64,000 bases of DNA from Acidobacteriota bacterium (GTDB lineage: Bacteria; Acidobacteriota; UBA890; WLXD01), in the NCBI GenBank assembly GCA_965205505.1, contig CBDBHB010000008.1, positions 1,184,001 through 1,248,000 on the forward strand, written 5' to 3'. Below, piece by piece: positions 20,437-29,596 of the stretch (positions are counted from its first letter, which is position 1; every line of letters begins with the position of its first letter). Under the pieces are notes generated by a model, which was not told the origin of the DNA, made no database searches, and saw nothing but the letters and a program-made list of their open reading frames with translations. A program made the translations under genes and the position numbers.

Positions 20437-21287
20437 AGCCGGCGCGCAAGCGCGAGGTGGTGCGGTACCTGCAGGACGGGTTCCGTGTCAGTGAGCGTCG
20501 AGCGTGTCGGCTGATCGAGTTGTCGCGCACCAGCCATCGGTATCAGAGCACAAGGACGGACGACCCCGTGCTGCGGCGTCGTCTTGGCGAGCTCGCCGCG
20601 GCGCGTCCGCGGTTCGGGTATCGGAGGTTGTGCGTGTTGCTACGCCGCGAGGGATGGGTAGTGAACCAGAAGCGCGTGTATCGGATCTATCGAGAGGAGG
20701 GGCTGGAGGTACGGACCAAAAAGCGACGGCGCAAGCGGGCGAGTCACATACGGCTTGTGCTGCCGCCCGCAGAGCGGCCCAACGAGCGCTGGAGCATGGA
20801 CTTCGTGACCGATCGGCTCGAGAGTGGCCGGCCGTTTCGGGTGCTGACGGTGGTCGATCAGTTTAGCCGTGAATGTCCGTTACTTGAGCCGGGCGTGTCG
20901 ATGACCGGCAAGGCGGTGGCTGGAGCACTCGAGCGGCTGTCGTTTGCCGGGCCGTTGCCACGGGTCATCACCGTCGACAATGGCTCAGAATTCTACTCCC
21001 AGGCGATGGACTCCTGGGCGTACCGAAGAGGCGTGCAGTTGGAGTTCATTCGGCCGGGAAAGCCCGTGGAGAATGCGTTCATCGAGAGTTTCAACGGACG
21101 GCTTCGCGACGAATGCCTCAACGCCAACCTGTTCTTCTCGATCGATGACGCGCGCCGAAAACTGGAGGCTTGGAGGCTTGATTACAATACCCACAGACCA
21201 CACAGCTCACTGAACGATCGAACTCCTACGGAGTTCGCCAGGGGCTGGCAACCGGAGGCTTCGGAACACCGAATCCTAAACCTCTGA
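20433..21287 (+). CDS. IS3 transposase OrfB (DDE)
   Basis: [37 protein letters not shown]. Confidence 0.93.
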   Translation: MKPARKREVVRYLQDGFRVSERRACRLIELSRTSHRYQSTRTDDPVLRRRLGELAAARPRFGYRRLCVLLRREGWVVNQKRVYRIYREEGLEVRTKKRRRKRASHIRLVLPPAERPNERWSMDFVTDRLESGRPFRVLTVVDQFSRECPLLEPGVSMTGKAVAGALERLSFAGPLPRVITVDNGSEFYSQAMDSWAYRRGVQLEFIRPGKPVENAFIESFNGRLRDECLNANLFFSIDDARRKLEAWRLDYNTHRPHSSLNDRTPTEFARGWQPEASEHRILNL

Positions 21288-22186
21288 CTGGTACTGATTT
21301 CGGGGTGGGGTCACAGCACCGAGTTACTGAGATAAGACGTGGTACTAACCGTGGGGTCAGGTCAGGTGCGCGCCGACCACGGCAAGCTCGACATCCTCAT
21401 CAACGACATCTGGGGCGGCGACCCCCTCACCGAGTGGGGCAAGACGTTCTGGGAGGTCGACGTGCAGCAAGGCTTCACGATGATGGAGCGCGCCATCCAC
21501 ACGCACATCATCACGAGCCGCCACGGCGTCCCGCTCTTGCTCGACGGCGACGGCGGGCTCATCGTCGAGATCACCGACGGGGCCTTCTACGGCTACCGCG
21601 GACAGCTCTTCTACGACCTCTGCAAGATGTCTGTCATCCGACTCGCGTACGCCATGTCCGTGGAGCTCGCCGACCAGCCCATAACCGCCGTCGCCGTGAC
21701 CCCGGGCTTCCTGCGCTCCGAGGCCGTGCTCGATCACTTCGGAGTCACCGAGGAGAACTGGCGCGACGCGGTCGAAAAGGACCCCCACTTCGCGCTGTCC
21801 GAGACGCCGCTACTCGTCGGGCGCGTGATCGCCGCGCTCGCGGCCGACCCCGAGGTGCACCGCCGCGCCGGCCAGGTGCTCACCTGCTGGGACCTCGCCC
21901 GGTACTACGACGTCAAGGACATCGATGGCAGACACCCTCACTGGGACGAGCACCTCGACGCCGCCGTCGACGAGATCATCGACCGCGCCTCGCCGAGCCC
22001 GGAGGACATCTTCCTGCTGACGGTGCGCAAGCCCCAGCTCGACTTCGACGATGCCCGCGCCGCTCAACGCGCCCGTATCGAGACGTTCCTGAAGCGGCAC
22101 GGCGGCACGGTCGGTCTCGATCCCGACGCGCTCGACTGAGCTGTCCGAGGCAACGCGTGAGAGGGTATGGCCATGAATGTGTGCCT

Positions 22187-22261
22187 AACTAACAGGCGCG
22201 CTGAGCTGCGGCGCCGCATTCACCTGCAGTCGGCACCGTCTGCTCGAGCGCGTTGGTAGAC
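22187..22261 (-). other. attC 9 (degenerate, distal end of the intact array)
   Basis: CTAACAGGCGCGCTGAGC...GCTCGAGCGCGTTGGTAGAC; one core box mutated (GGTAGAC). Confidence 0.65.
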
Positions 22262-22277
22262 CGCACTAGACACCTAT

Positions 22278-22865
22278 TTACTTCGTCCGGGTGTACGTCT
22301 CGCGTCGTAGAAGAACCTCCGTCCCGTCGCTCCGGACCAGGAATGACTGAAACACGTAGCCCTCGTCGGTTGGTTCGGCGACCCCTTTGCTTCCAATCGC
22401 TTCACCGGTCATTGGATCCGTACCGGACCCGGTGCCCACGTAGCGTTTCCCACCATCCTCAAACTCGAAGTAGACACTTCCGACGTACCCACCCGCGTTG
22501 GAGAAGCCGGGGACGATGTATTTGCCAGCCTTTCGATCGAAGGAGTGCACGCCAACGAACTTCGTACCATCTTGACAGTCATTCCGGACGAACAGCACGA
22601 AACCATCGACTTCCATTTTGTGAGTCGATGTGCATCTGACCGTCATCGGTTCGCCTGAAGACGGATAGTCCCATGTTTCGCGTATCAGGTCGTAATCACC
22701 GGCGTAGAACTCTCGAAGACGGTGCTCCGGTTCACCAGGTTCTGCTCGTGTTGTGGGTACAAACCCAGATTTCACATCCTGCCCGTACGTCGACTCTGGC
22801 ACGAAGGCTGCGCACGCCACGACAGTTACCGCGACTAGCCACAATGGCGCCGTTCTAGCATTCAT
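22278..22865 (-). CDS. Cassette 9: secreted DUF1579-like protein
   Basis: AGAGGAG RBS, signal peptide, PGEPEHRL...GTGSGTDPMTG...TYTR. Confidence 0.7.
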   Translation of the reverse strand: MNARTAPLWLVAVTVVACAAFVPESTYGQDVKSGFVPTTRAEPGEPEHRLREFYAGDYDLIRETWDYPSSGEPMTVRCTSTHKMEVDGFVLFVRNDCQDGTKFVGVHSFDRKAGKYIVPGFSNAGGYVGSVYFEFEDGGKRYVGTGSGTDPMTGEAIGSKGVAEPTDEGYVFQSFLVRSDGTEVLLRRETYTRTK

Positions 22866-22889
22866 CTGCAAAACTCCTCTACTCCGTCG

Positions 22890-22981
22890 GTCTAACGGAT
22901 TGTGGCTCACCTGCGGCGGCCACATCCTTTTCAAATCAAACGAAAGTAGTGGCCGCCGTCTGGTGCAGCCGCTTGTTAGGC
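22890..22981 (-). other. attC 8
   Basis: GTCTAAC...GGCTCACCTGCGGCGGCC...GGCCGCCGTCTGGTGCAGCC...GTTAGGC. Confidence 0.9.
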
Positions 22982-22994
22982 CGTTATCGAGTCT

Positions 22995-23930
22995 CTATTG
23001 GCCATGATGTTTTGCTATCGTCTCTTTACTCAATCTCAAAAACCGAGCCGCGTTGTTATAGAAGATGTCTCGCTTCTGCTCTTCACTCAAGAATGAGGCA
23101 GATTCGATCGCATCGATCTCGTCGTCTATAATTGTTTCCGGCCACTGCATCTGATCTGAGCCATACATGAGTCGCTTTCCGAGTCCCGCCTCCATGAGTC
23201 TGCGCAGGTACCAGTGAAAACTTTCACGGGGATATTTCCAGAGGGAGAGGTCTCCGTACACGTTTGGATAGCGGTACATTAAGGCGATAGTTTCGCCTAA
23301 GAATGGGAAACCGGAGGTTTCTATGAACAATCGGAGTTCAGGATGCCTGATCAGAACCTCCTCGAGTTGTTCAGGGTGACCCATCGAAATGTGGAACTGC
23401 TCACTGAGTCCAGCGGTGCCGTGGTGATGGATCAACACCGGCACGGCAAACTCCTCGGCAAGATCGTAGAAAGGCTCCAGTCTCGGATCGTCCGCTGCAA
23501 TCCCCTCGTACTGCACAGTTAGTTCGCCTAGCCCACCGAGCCGCCCCGCCTCGTATTCCTTGCGGAGGTCATCCAAGTCGATCAGGTCTGGATTTCCAAC
23601 TATGGGCGAGGCGATGAACCGGCCCGGGGCAGCGTCCACCCAGCGATACACGTTGTCCAACGAGTCCTCGCTCAGAAACCCTATGACAATGTTGTTCCGG
23701 TCCATGGTTTCCAGCGTGAGCCTCAGCACATCCTCCGCCGTTTCTGCTTCTGCGGGCGGCACCTGACAGGGGCTCGGCAGGCAGGCTCGGGAAAGAGGAC
23801 GGCCATCAGCATCGTTGTTTACCGCGTTTGCGTGCATATGCATATCGATCATGGGAGGACGGCTGTTCTCCTGAGCCGCCGCCATGGCGGGTGTGGCGAT
23901 AAGCAGGAGTACCAGATTCAACTTTTTCAT
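22995..23930 (-). CDS. Cassette 8: secreted amidohydrolase_2 family protein
   Basis: IDMHMH, GLGEL, VPVLIH, LMYGSD, IFYNNAARFL. Confidence 0.9.
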   Translation of the reverse strand: MKKLNLVLLLIATPAMAAAQENSRPPMIDMHMHANAVNNDADGRPLSRACLPSPCQVPPAEAETAEDVLRLTLETMDRNNIVIGFLSEDSLDNVYRWVDAAPGRFIASPIVGNPDLIDLDDLRKEYEAGRLGGLGELTVQYEGIAADDPRLEPFYDLAEEFAVPVLIHHHGTAGLSEQFHISMGHPEQLEEVLIRHPELRLFIETSGFPFLGETIALMYRYPNVYGDLSLWKYPRESFHWYLRRLMEAGLGKRLMYGSDQMQWPETIIDDEIDAIESASFLSEEQKRDIFYNNAARFLRLSKETIAKHHGQ

Positions 23931-23988
23931 TGCAAACTCTCCTCCCTCAAGGGCGTGTGCCCTGCTGCGTTCGACGGCAATAAAATCA

Positions 23989-24055
23989 GCCTAACGGTTC
24001 AGAGCCTCAGCTGCGGGCGCGGAAGGCGACTGTCAGCTGCTGGCTCTTGTTAGAC
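23989..24055 (-). other. attC 7
   Basis: GCCTAAC...AGAGCCTCAGCTG...CAGCTGCTGGCTCT.GTTAGAC. Confidence 0.9.
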
Positions 24056-24063
24056 GGCTCTTC

Positions 24064-24927
24064 TTATTCAATCGGGTGAAAGTCGATTGTTCCCACAACG
24101 CGCTCCATCGCCGCGCGGTCTGCGACGGGATACGTCGCTGCAAGGTACTCGGACGGCGGCGCCACGTCGCCAGTCCGTTTGACTTCATCTGCATCGGCAC
24201 CCGCCGTGAAGATGATCATCGGCCTTGCTACTCCTGTAGGCACGTCAACTCTGTCGCAGAAGATGACCATCAGGTGCTCCTGAAGAGGATAGCCGTCCGG
24301 CTGGCCGAGGAAGTAGGCACCGCCGCGACCGCCCGTCACCCTGTGCTGAAGCCGCTCTTTCGGCCCTATTGGTGTGCCAGTAGGCTCGCTCCACGAAGCG
24401 ACGTCAACCTTGCGGCGCCACTCCGCGGCGATTCGTACGGCCGAGGGGATCTCCTGGGGATAGTTGAAGACTAAATGAGGTCGTCCGCTACGCATCGTCG
24501 ACTCATCTAGCGGGAGAAACCCTCCTACTGGGAAAAAAGCGTGAAGCTGAAACAACTTCCCGATCGGCCCGTCCAGTCGGAACTTCGCTTGACGTCGGAT
24601 CTCGGTGCGGACCTTGTCGTCCTGTGAAAAGTGAACACGTCCATCTGGATGATGGGAGTACTTGACGAGGTGAGAGGTGACCTTTCCCTCGTCCGTGAAG
24701 CTGACGGACTTGCGAGCAGCGCCACCATCGCCAAGGCGGACGACGGTCGCGATCCCGTCACGTTGACGGAAGTGCGGAAACAGAACGAAAACACTCCCGT
24801 CTCGTTTGTTGAACACGATCTGACATACGTAGAGCGGCGCTACTGGCGTGCCGATGCCGATAACCGTTCGGCGCGACGCCCAATACGTGAGGTTACCTTC
24901 AGTTCGTTGAAGCTCGTCGGGGTCCAA
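24064..24927 (-). CDS. Cassette 7: hypothetical protein
   Basis: 287-aa ORF exactly filling the space between two attC sites. Confidence 0.75.
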   Translation of the reverse strand: MDPDELQRTEGNLTYWASRRTVIGIGTPVAPLYVCQIVFNKRDGSVFVLFPHFRQRDGIATVVRLGDGGAARKSVSFTDEGKVTSHLVKYSHHPDGRVHFSQDDKVRTEIRRQAKFRLDGPIGKLFQLHAFFPVGGFLPLDESTMRSGRPHLVFNYPQEIPSAVRIAAEWRRKVDVASWSEPTGTPIGPKERLQHRVTGGRGGAYFLGQPDGYPLQEHLMVIFCDRVDVPTGVARPMIIFTAGADADEVKRTGDVAPPSEYLAATYPVADRAAMERVVGTIDFHPIE

Positions 24928-24932
24928 TGTCC

Positions 24933-24994
24933 GTCTAACGGGTGGAGCTTCAGCTGCGGCGCGGCGCGCCGTCAGCTGCTAGCTTGTGTTGGGC
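24933..24994 (-). other. attC 6
   Basis: GTCTAAC...AGCTTCAGCTGCGGCGCG..CGCGCCGTCAGCTGCTAGCT..GTTGGGC. Confidence 0.9.
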
Positions 24995-25039
24995 GGCCTT
25001 GTCCATGAGGCAGCTGAGCTTGGGAGGGACGCAACGCGC

Positions 25040-25140
25040 GACCCGGAAGGATGCTGACGATCTGGCGGAGGCCGAGCCGACGATAGAACGCAACGGAGTC
25101 ATCCAGGTCGGTGTGAGGGACCATTACTTGATTGAGGTGA
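25040..25140 (-). pseudogene. VOC/glyoxalase N-terminal fragment inside cassette 6
   Basis: HLNQVMVPHTDLDDSVAFYRRLGLRQIV. Confidence 0.5.
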
Positions 25141-25143
25141 CCC

Positions 25144-25422
25144 TTGAAGAAGATCGCCGAGTTTCTCAGCTCGCAGTGTCCACAATCTGTCAACGAGTTT
25201 AAGACGCGTTTCGGTGAGCCGAGAATGGACATGGCCAACGACGCGGCCCGAGAGTACTGCGTCTGCGCCGTCGACGGGTCGCCCGTGTTGGACATTGACT
25301 ACGTGATGATCTACGCGAACATCATCAGTCACCAAGTCCTGTACGTGTACGCGCGACTTGGACTCATTACTCATGTCTCGGTCGTGGATCCGACTGATTG
25401 GCGCTCTTCGGACTTCCGCTGA
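25144..25422 (+). CDS. Small hypothetical ORF antisense to the array
   Basis: 92-aa ORF between the glyoxalase fragment and the zinc-finger gene. Confidence 0.35.
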   Translation: MKKIAEFLSSQCPQSVNEFKTRFGEPRMDMANDAAREYCVCAVDGSPVLDIDYVMIYANIISHQVLYVYARLGLITHVSVVDPTDWRSSDFR

Positions 25423-25462
25423 GCCTCCGAACGCCCGCCGCAGGGGGTTCGATTCTCTCGCT

Positions 25463-26062
25463 TCATCCACTCTCAACCACCCTTGCCACTTCGCCTCCGC
25501 AATCAATGCAGCGACCTCTGAGAACGAGGTCGCCGCGTTCCACGCGCCCTTCCAGTAGTTGTATGGAACTCGAACTAGCGCATTGGACACACCACACGTT
25601 GTTGAGAAGGCGAACGCGGACATGCGTTTCGATGGCGTTCCAGAGGCTTTCTGCTGGACCCGTGAATCTCGGCTCAATGGTCGCTATCGGCGGATTCTCG
25701 GTGAAGCGCCCCAAGACCGCAGAACTCCTGGGTCGACTCACACCAGCATCGCTCAAATCCCACAGAGTCCGTTGCCAACCTCTGATCTCGCCATTATCGC
25801 CACAGACCGGACAGAACCAAAGGATCGTACGAGACGCCGTGTCCAGACGCGCTCGTATCCAGCCTCGACACGGCTGTCGTTGCGGGCGTCGACGACATTT
25901 CACTGGAGATCGCTCGTCGCCGGCCGCTTCGTCTCGGCTAGTGACGAACGCCACGATGGACCCGAGATGATCTCGCATGCCCGTCCCCGGTTCGGGGTGA
26001 ATGGAGGCCAGGCCCGCGGCGTTCAGGAAATGGGTCATGTCTGTGATCCACGTGTCTGCCAC
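25463..26062 (-). CDS. Cassette 6: Cys-rich putative zinc-binding protein
   Basis: CRRRPQRQPC, CPVCG, CVQC, CIDCG. Confidence 0.7.
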   Translation of the reverse strand: MADTWITDMTHFLNAAGLASIHPEPGTGMRDHLGSIVAFVTSRDEAAGDERSPVKCRRRPQRQPCRGWIRARLDTASRTILWFCPVCGDNGEIRGWQRTLWDLSDAGVSRPRSSAVLGRFTENPPIATIEPRFTGPAESLWNAIETHVRVRLLNNVWCVQCASSSSIQLLEGRVERGDLVLRGRCIDCGGEVARVVESG

Positions 26063-26085
26063 GGTTCCACCAAATCTTCTGGTCT

Positions 26086-26143
26086 GCCCAACGTCAGCAA
26101 TCAGCGGCCGGCTCCGCCGGTCCGCTGCATTGCGTGGTTAGGC
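26086..26143 (-). other. attC 5
   Basis: GCCCAAC..GCAATCAGCGGCCGG...CCGGTCCGCTGCATTGC..GTTAGGC. Confidence 0.9.
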
Positions 26144-26162
26144 GTTAGGCGGGTCTTTCGCC

Positions 26163-27197
26163 TCACTTGTAGGCTACGGCCGCGCTCGCCGGTCCGTGAA
26201 GCGGGATGACTTCGATCCGCTGAAAGCCGACCTCCCGGCACCATTCGCCGAAATCACGACCCGTGAAGTCAAATGCCTCACCAAACTCGATGAGCATGTT
26301 CAGCGACATCATGAGACCGAACGCATTGCTCCGTCGCGCGTCGTCGATCAAGTTCTCAATGGCTACGAATGCACCGCCGGTCGGTAGGGCGTCGTACGCT
26401 GCCCGAATGAGATGCATCTTCTTCTCCAGGTTCCAATCGTGCAAGATCATGCCCATGGTGATCACATCCGCCTTCGGCAGGGGCTCACTGAAGATGTCCA
26501 CAGAGGACGCAGTGATCCGATCCCCCAACCCGTGCGCCTCGATCGTCTTGCGCGCAATGGGCTCCACTGGGGGAAGATCGCACGTCCTGCACGTCAGGTG
26601 CGGATGGCGACGGGCCACGAACGTCGAGAGCTGACCGGTCGCCCCACCGATGTCGCACATGGTCTTGTACGACGCGAAGTCGAACTTCTCCGCGAACGTC
26701 TCGAAGTTCGCAAGTGAGATGCCCGTCATCGCGTTCATGAACTGCTCTAGTCGCTCGGGATCACGATACAGCTCTTCGAACATCCCTTCGCCGCCGTGCT
26801 TCATCTCGTTCTGCGGTTGGCCGGTCTTGAGCGCTTCCGTGAGATCGCCCCAGAATGGGTAGAGTCGGGTGTTCGCCATTTCAAAGAATCCGCCGATATA
26901 CGAGCTGCTGTGCCGATCAAGAAAATGGGCGGTGTCGTCCGTATTGCGATACTCCGCCGCAACGCCGTCACCCTCTCGCGTCAGTAGATTCAAGGCGACC
27001 AGCGTGTCGAGAAAGTCGGTCGCGCCACGGGGATGAAGCCCGAGCTCATCCTGAAGGTCAGGCGCCGTCAACGACCTGTCTCCCAAGACCGTGAACACTC
27101 CAAGCTCCACTGCCGAAAGCATGGTCTTCGCAGGCCAGAAACCCATCGCGATCTGCATCAAACGGCCGGGGTCTCGTTGAGTCATCTCGTCCTCCAC
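26163..27197 (-). CDS. Cassette 5: SAM-dependent methyltransferase with dimerisation domain (Methyltransf_2)
   Basis: SAVELGVFT dimerisation domain, DIGGATG, GMILHDW. Confidence 0.92.
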   Translation of the reverse strand: MEDEMTQRDPGRLMQIAMGFWPAKTMLSAVELGVFTVLGDRSLTAPDLQDELGLHPRGATDFLDTLVALNLLTREGDGVAAEYRNTDDTAHFLDRHSSSYIGGFFEMANTRLYPFWGDLTEALKTGQPQNEMKHGGEGMFEELYRDPERLEQFMNAMTGISLANFETFAEKFDFASYKTMCDIGGATGQLSTFVARRHPHLTCRTCDLPPVEPIARKTIEAHGLGDRITASSVDIFSEPLPKADVITMGMILHDWNLEKKMHLIRAAYDALPTGGAFVAIENLIDDARRSNAFGLMMSLNMLIEFGEAFDFTGRDFGEWCREVGFQRIEVIPLHGPASAAVAYK

Positions 27198-27232
27198 GTC
27201 GTCTCAGGGTACGTTCACTTCTCGCGATCGCC

Positions 27233-27363
27233 GCCTAACGGGCTCGCGGCTCAGCTGCCGCGCCCTGCACGGCTTAACTTACCCCACGACGCCACCATTG
27301 CCACAGCTTGTGTCACGGGCACGGCCACCCGCGGCGCGGTCAGCCTGCAGCCGCTGGTTAGGC
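27233..27363 (-). other. attC 4
   Basis: GCCTAAC..GCGGCTCAGCTGCCGCGCC...GGCGCGGTCAGCCTGCAGCCGC..GTTAGGC. Confidence 0.88.
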
Positions 27364-28166
27364 GGGCGCCGCGGCGCGTTTCAACCATCCTGCAAACCGC
27401 CGCGGAAGCTCGGCTTTCCGAATCTGCCCGATCCCTCGAGCAAAGATCAAGGACATCATGTTGCCGTCGGCGCGCACCGTGGCGGCTAGGCCAAGGCCGA
27501 CCGAGCTGAGATCCGGTTCGATGCTGGCAATACATCGTCTTGGGCGTTCGCGTTGTTCGCGCTGTACGTTGATAACTGTAGAACAACCCGTTCTCCAAAG
27601 TCGGGTGCCGCCGCACCAACAATGTCAATGTCATCGGGCCACATGTTTCCCTGCTTCGGAGAAGCAGCTGGGCCGTGGCGATCGAACATGTAAGGATCGA
27701 ATGAGACCAAGTGAACAGCACAGTCTGAGGAGAATCCTCGGCGAAACCGCACACGCCAATCGCCGCGATGGAGTGATGACGACGTATTCGGACCGACGCT
27801 CTGCTGCCACTCAATGATCTCGTCCGCCGTGTCATCGTCGGCCTCGCACAACTCGAAGTGCAGCGGTCCTCTCCAGAGGTGACGAACGAGCGCAGCGGAC
27901 GACGGGTACGCACAACGTCCCTGCTGTAGGTAGTGCCATGCTCGCTCGTACGCCGAGCGTTGCCCTGGAAGGCACCGACCGACTCGATTGAACTCCTCAG
28001 CCGTCTGACCAGGGTTGGGGTTCCGCCGAGCGTATGGCGACATGGCATGGGCATCGATGAAACAGATTGCCTCGGTTGGTTCAACAACGTCGCGGACGCA
28101 GCAGATGATCTCCGAGAGAACCCAATGCTGAAGGAGATTGCCTCGGTTTCCCTTATACGTTGGCAT
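27358..28166 (-). CDS. Cassette 4: RlmJ-like adenine methyltransferase-fold protein, frameshifted near 27531
   Basis: GNLLQH, FIDAHA, YPSS, ELCE, GDW, SFDPY; the alternative frame continues to a TAA within the attC core. Confidence 0.55.
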
Positions 28167-28196
28167 CTGCGTTGCGGTCGGGCGAATTGTTGCCCC

Positions 28197-28313
28197 GCCT
28201 AACGGTCCAGAGCTTCAGCTGCGGGCGCGGCCGGCGGAGCCGGGTTGGCGCGGGCGTTGCGCAGGCAGCGCCCGTGACAATAGCGATCCGTCAGCTGCTG
28301 GCTCATGTTAGCG
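28197..28313 (-). other. attC 3
   Basis: GCCTAACGGTCCAGAGCTTCAGCTGCGG...CCGTCAGCTGCTGGCTCATGTTAGCG. Confidence 0.9.
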
Positions 28314-28346
28314 GGCGCGTGCCTCCATCTGGCTTCAGGCAAGGTC

Positions 28347-28973
28347 TCAGGCCTTCTCCATGAGGGCGCCCCTCCCATCCAGGCGATCAAAGCGCTCGTT
28401 GAACTTGGAGACCTCGGCCTCATCCCGGTTCGCCTTCATGATGAGGTAGTGCGCGTACATCACCCACGCCCGGTACGTGTCGACCACGAAAACGTCGACG
28501 GCGAATACGAACTTGTGGTCCAGTTCAACCAGGTGGTTACCACCGGTCGTCGTGATCGTGAAGTCTCGATGAGATCCACGCCATGGATTCGCCGCCGCCA
28601 AGTTGTGCATCAATCCACACCGCAGGTGGCTGTAGATCCAGCCTCGATGCCCGGAATAGTTCGGCGGGAAGTATTCGGCCATGAAGCGCTTGTAGTCTGC
28701 ACCGGATGTCTGTTTGCCACTGTGGAAGCCGGCCAGGTAGTCGACAACTGCGAGAGCGAGAACAGCGGCGGCGAGCTCGGACTTGATGGACAAGCAGGAC
28801 TTGGCCTCCTGAAGCACCGCGAAGACATGCTTCCGCACCTTGTCGAGCTTCATCTCGAGCGGCAAATCGATCAACTGGCCACCCGGCCAAACGATGTCCC
28901 CGAAGTCGACGAAGTAGTCCTCGATCTTCCAGTCCGGATCGGAACCTCGGATTTCGTCGGCCATCCTATCCAT
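28347..28973 (-). CDS. Cassette 3: putative HEPN-like protein
   Basis: Helical pattern VVDYLAG...YKRFM...IYSHLRCGLMH (Rx4H). Confidence 0.6.
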   Translation of the reverse strand: MDRMADEIRGSDPDWKIEDYFVDFGDIVWPGGQLIDLPLEMKLDKVRKHVFAVLQEAKSCLSIKSELAAAVLALAVVDYLAGFHSGKQTSGADYKRFMAEYFPPNYSGHRGWIYSHLRCGLMHNLAAANPWRGSHRDFTITTTGGNHLVELDHKFVFAVDVFVVDTYRAWVMYAHYLIMKANRDEAEVSKFNERFDRLDGRGALMEKA

Positions 28974-28977
28974 GTCT

Positions 28978-29043
28978 CGCTAACGGCCGGGCCGATCAGC
29001 GGCCGCCGCGAAGCGGCGGTCCGGCTGCATCGGCTTGTTAGGC
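28978..29043 (-). other. attC 2
   Basis: Minus strand reads canonical GCCTAACAAGCCGATGCAGCCGGACCGCCGCTTCGCGGCGGCCGCTGATCGGC...GTTAGCG. Confidence 0.93.
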
Positions 29044-29586
29044 CTTCTCATCGTAAGAGTCCTCATGCCGGCACAGTATGTCCCCTGGCTCGATGGACGA
29101 AACGACGTCATCAAACCGCTTCAGTAGGTGACGTGCGGAGATCATCTGTCCAGTTGGATCACCGACAAGGAGGTCACGGTTTGGAACGTCCCATTCCTCA
29201 GGCGACCGGCCGGATGTGACGGCCCTTCTCTTTCCTGGTGGTTCCATTTTCGCCGCGGGCATTCTTGCCTGCGCGAGTTCTGTCTTGAGCGAGGCCAGCT
29301 GGTTGCTAAGCTCCGGGGTGAAGCACTCTCTAGCTTGGCACATCGTGCGGACAACCTCGTAGGCACCCAAGGTCCAGAACCACATGAGCATGCCTGCGCG
29401 CCCGAATCGCCCACCATCCACAACATCTCCGGAGCATGCGGTCTCGAGGTTCTCCAGTACCTCGCTTCCGAGTTCGCGGAGGCAAGAGACCCGGCCAGAG
29501 AGATACCAAGAGAACGAGATCAGTGGATCGCGCTCCACCATCTCTTCCAAGGTCGGGTTCCGAAGAGGCGCTTCTCTATTGCGCAT
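29038..29586 (-). CDS. Cassette 2: hypothetical helical protein (possible divergent HEPN)
   Basis: WTLGAYEVVRT...ARMPAAKME; stop codon inside the attC core. Confidence 0.65.
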   Translation of the reverse strand: MRNREAPLRNPTLEEMVERDPLISFSWYLSGRVSCLRELGSEVLENLETACSGDVVDGGRFGRAGMLMWFWTLGAYEVVRTMCQARECFTPELSNQLASLKTELAQARMPAAKMEPPGKRRAVTSGRSPEEWDVPNRDLLVGDPTGQMISARHLLKRFDDVVSSIEPGDILCRHEDSYDEKA

Positions 29587-29596
29587 TGCTTGATAG

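Larger units (their letters stand above)
20093..21313 (+). mobile_element. IS3-family element (inner, IS407-like)
   Basis: IRs TGACCCAAACCCCGAAA.../...TTTCGGGGTGGGGTCA; target duplication CAGC (20089-20092, 21314-21317). Confidence 0.92.
18880..21364 (+). mobile_element. IS3-family element (outer, ~1.26 kb without the nested element)
   Basis: IRs TGACCTGACCCC.../...GGGGTCAGGTCA; 4-bp target duplication GGTG (18876-18879, 21365-21368). Confidence 0.92.
18622..22139 (+). pseudogene. SDR oxidoreductase interrupted by nested IS3 elements (18622-18879 plus 21369-22139)
   Basis: VAGATRGAGRG...FERV | RADHGKLDILINDIWGG...YDLCK; rejoins in frame after removing the IS and one GGTG. Confidence 0.9.
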
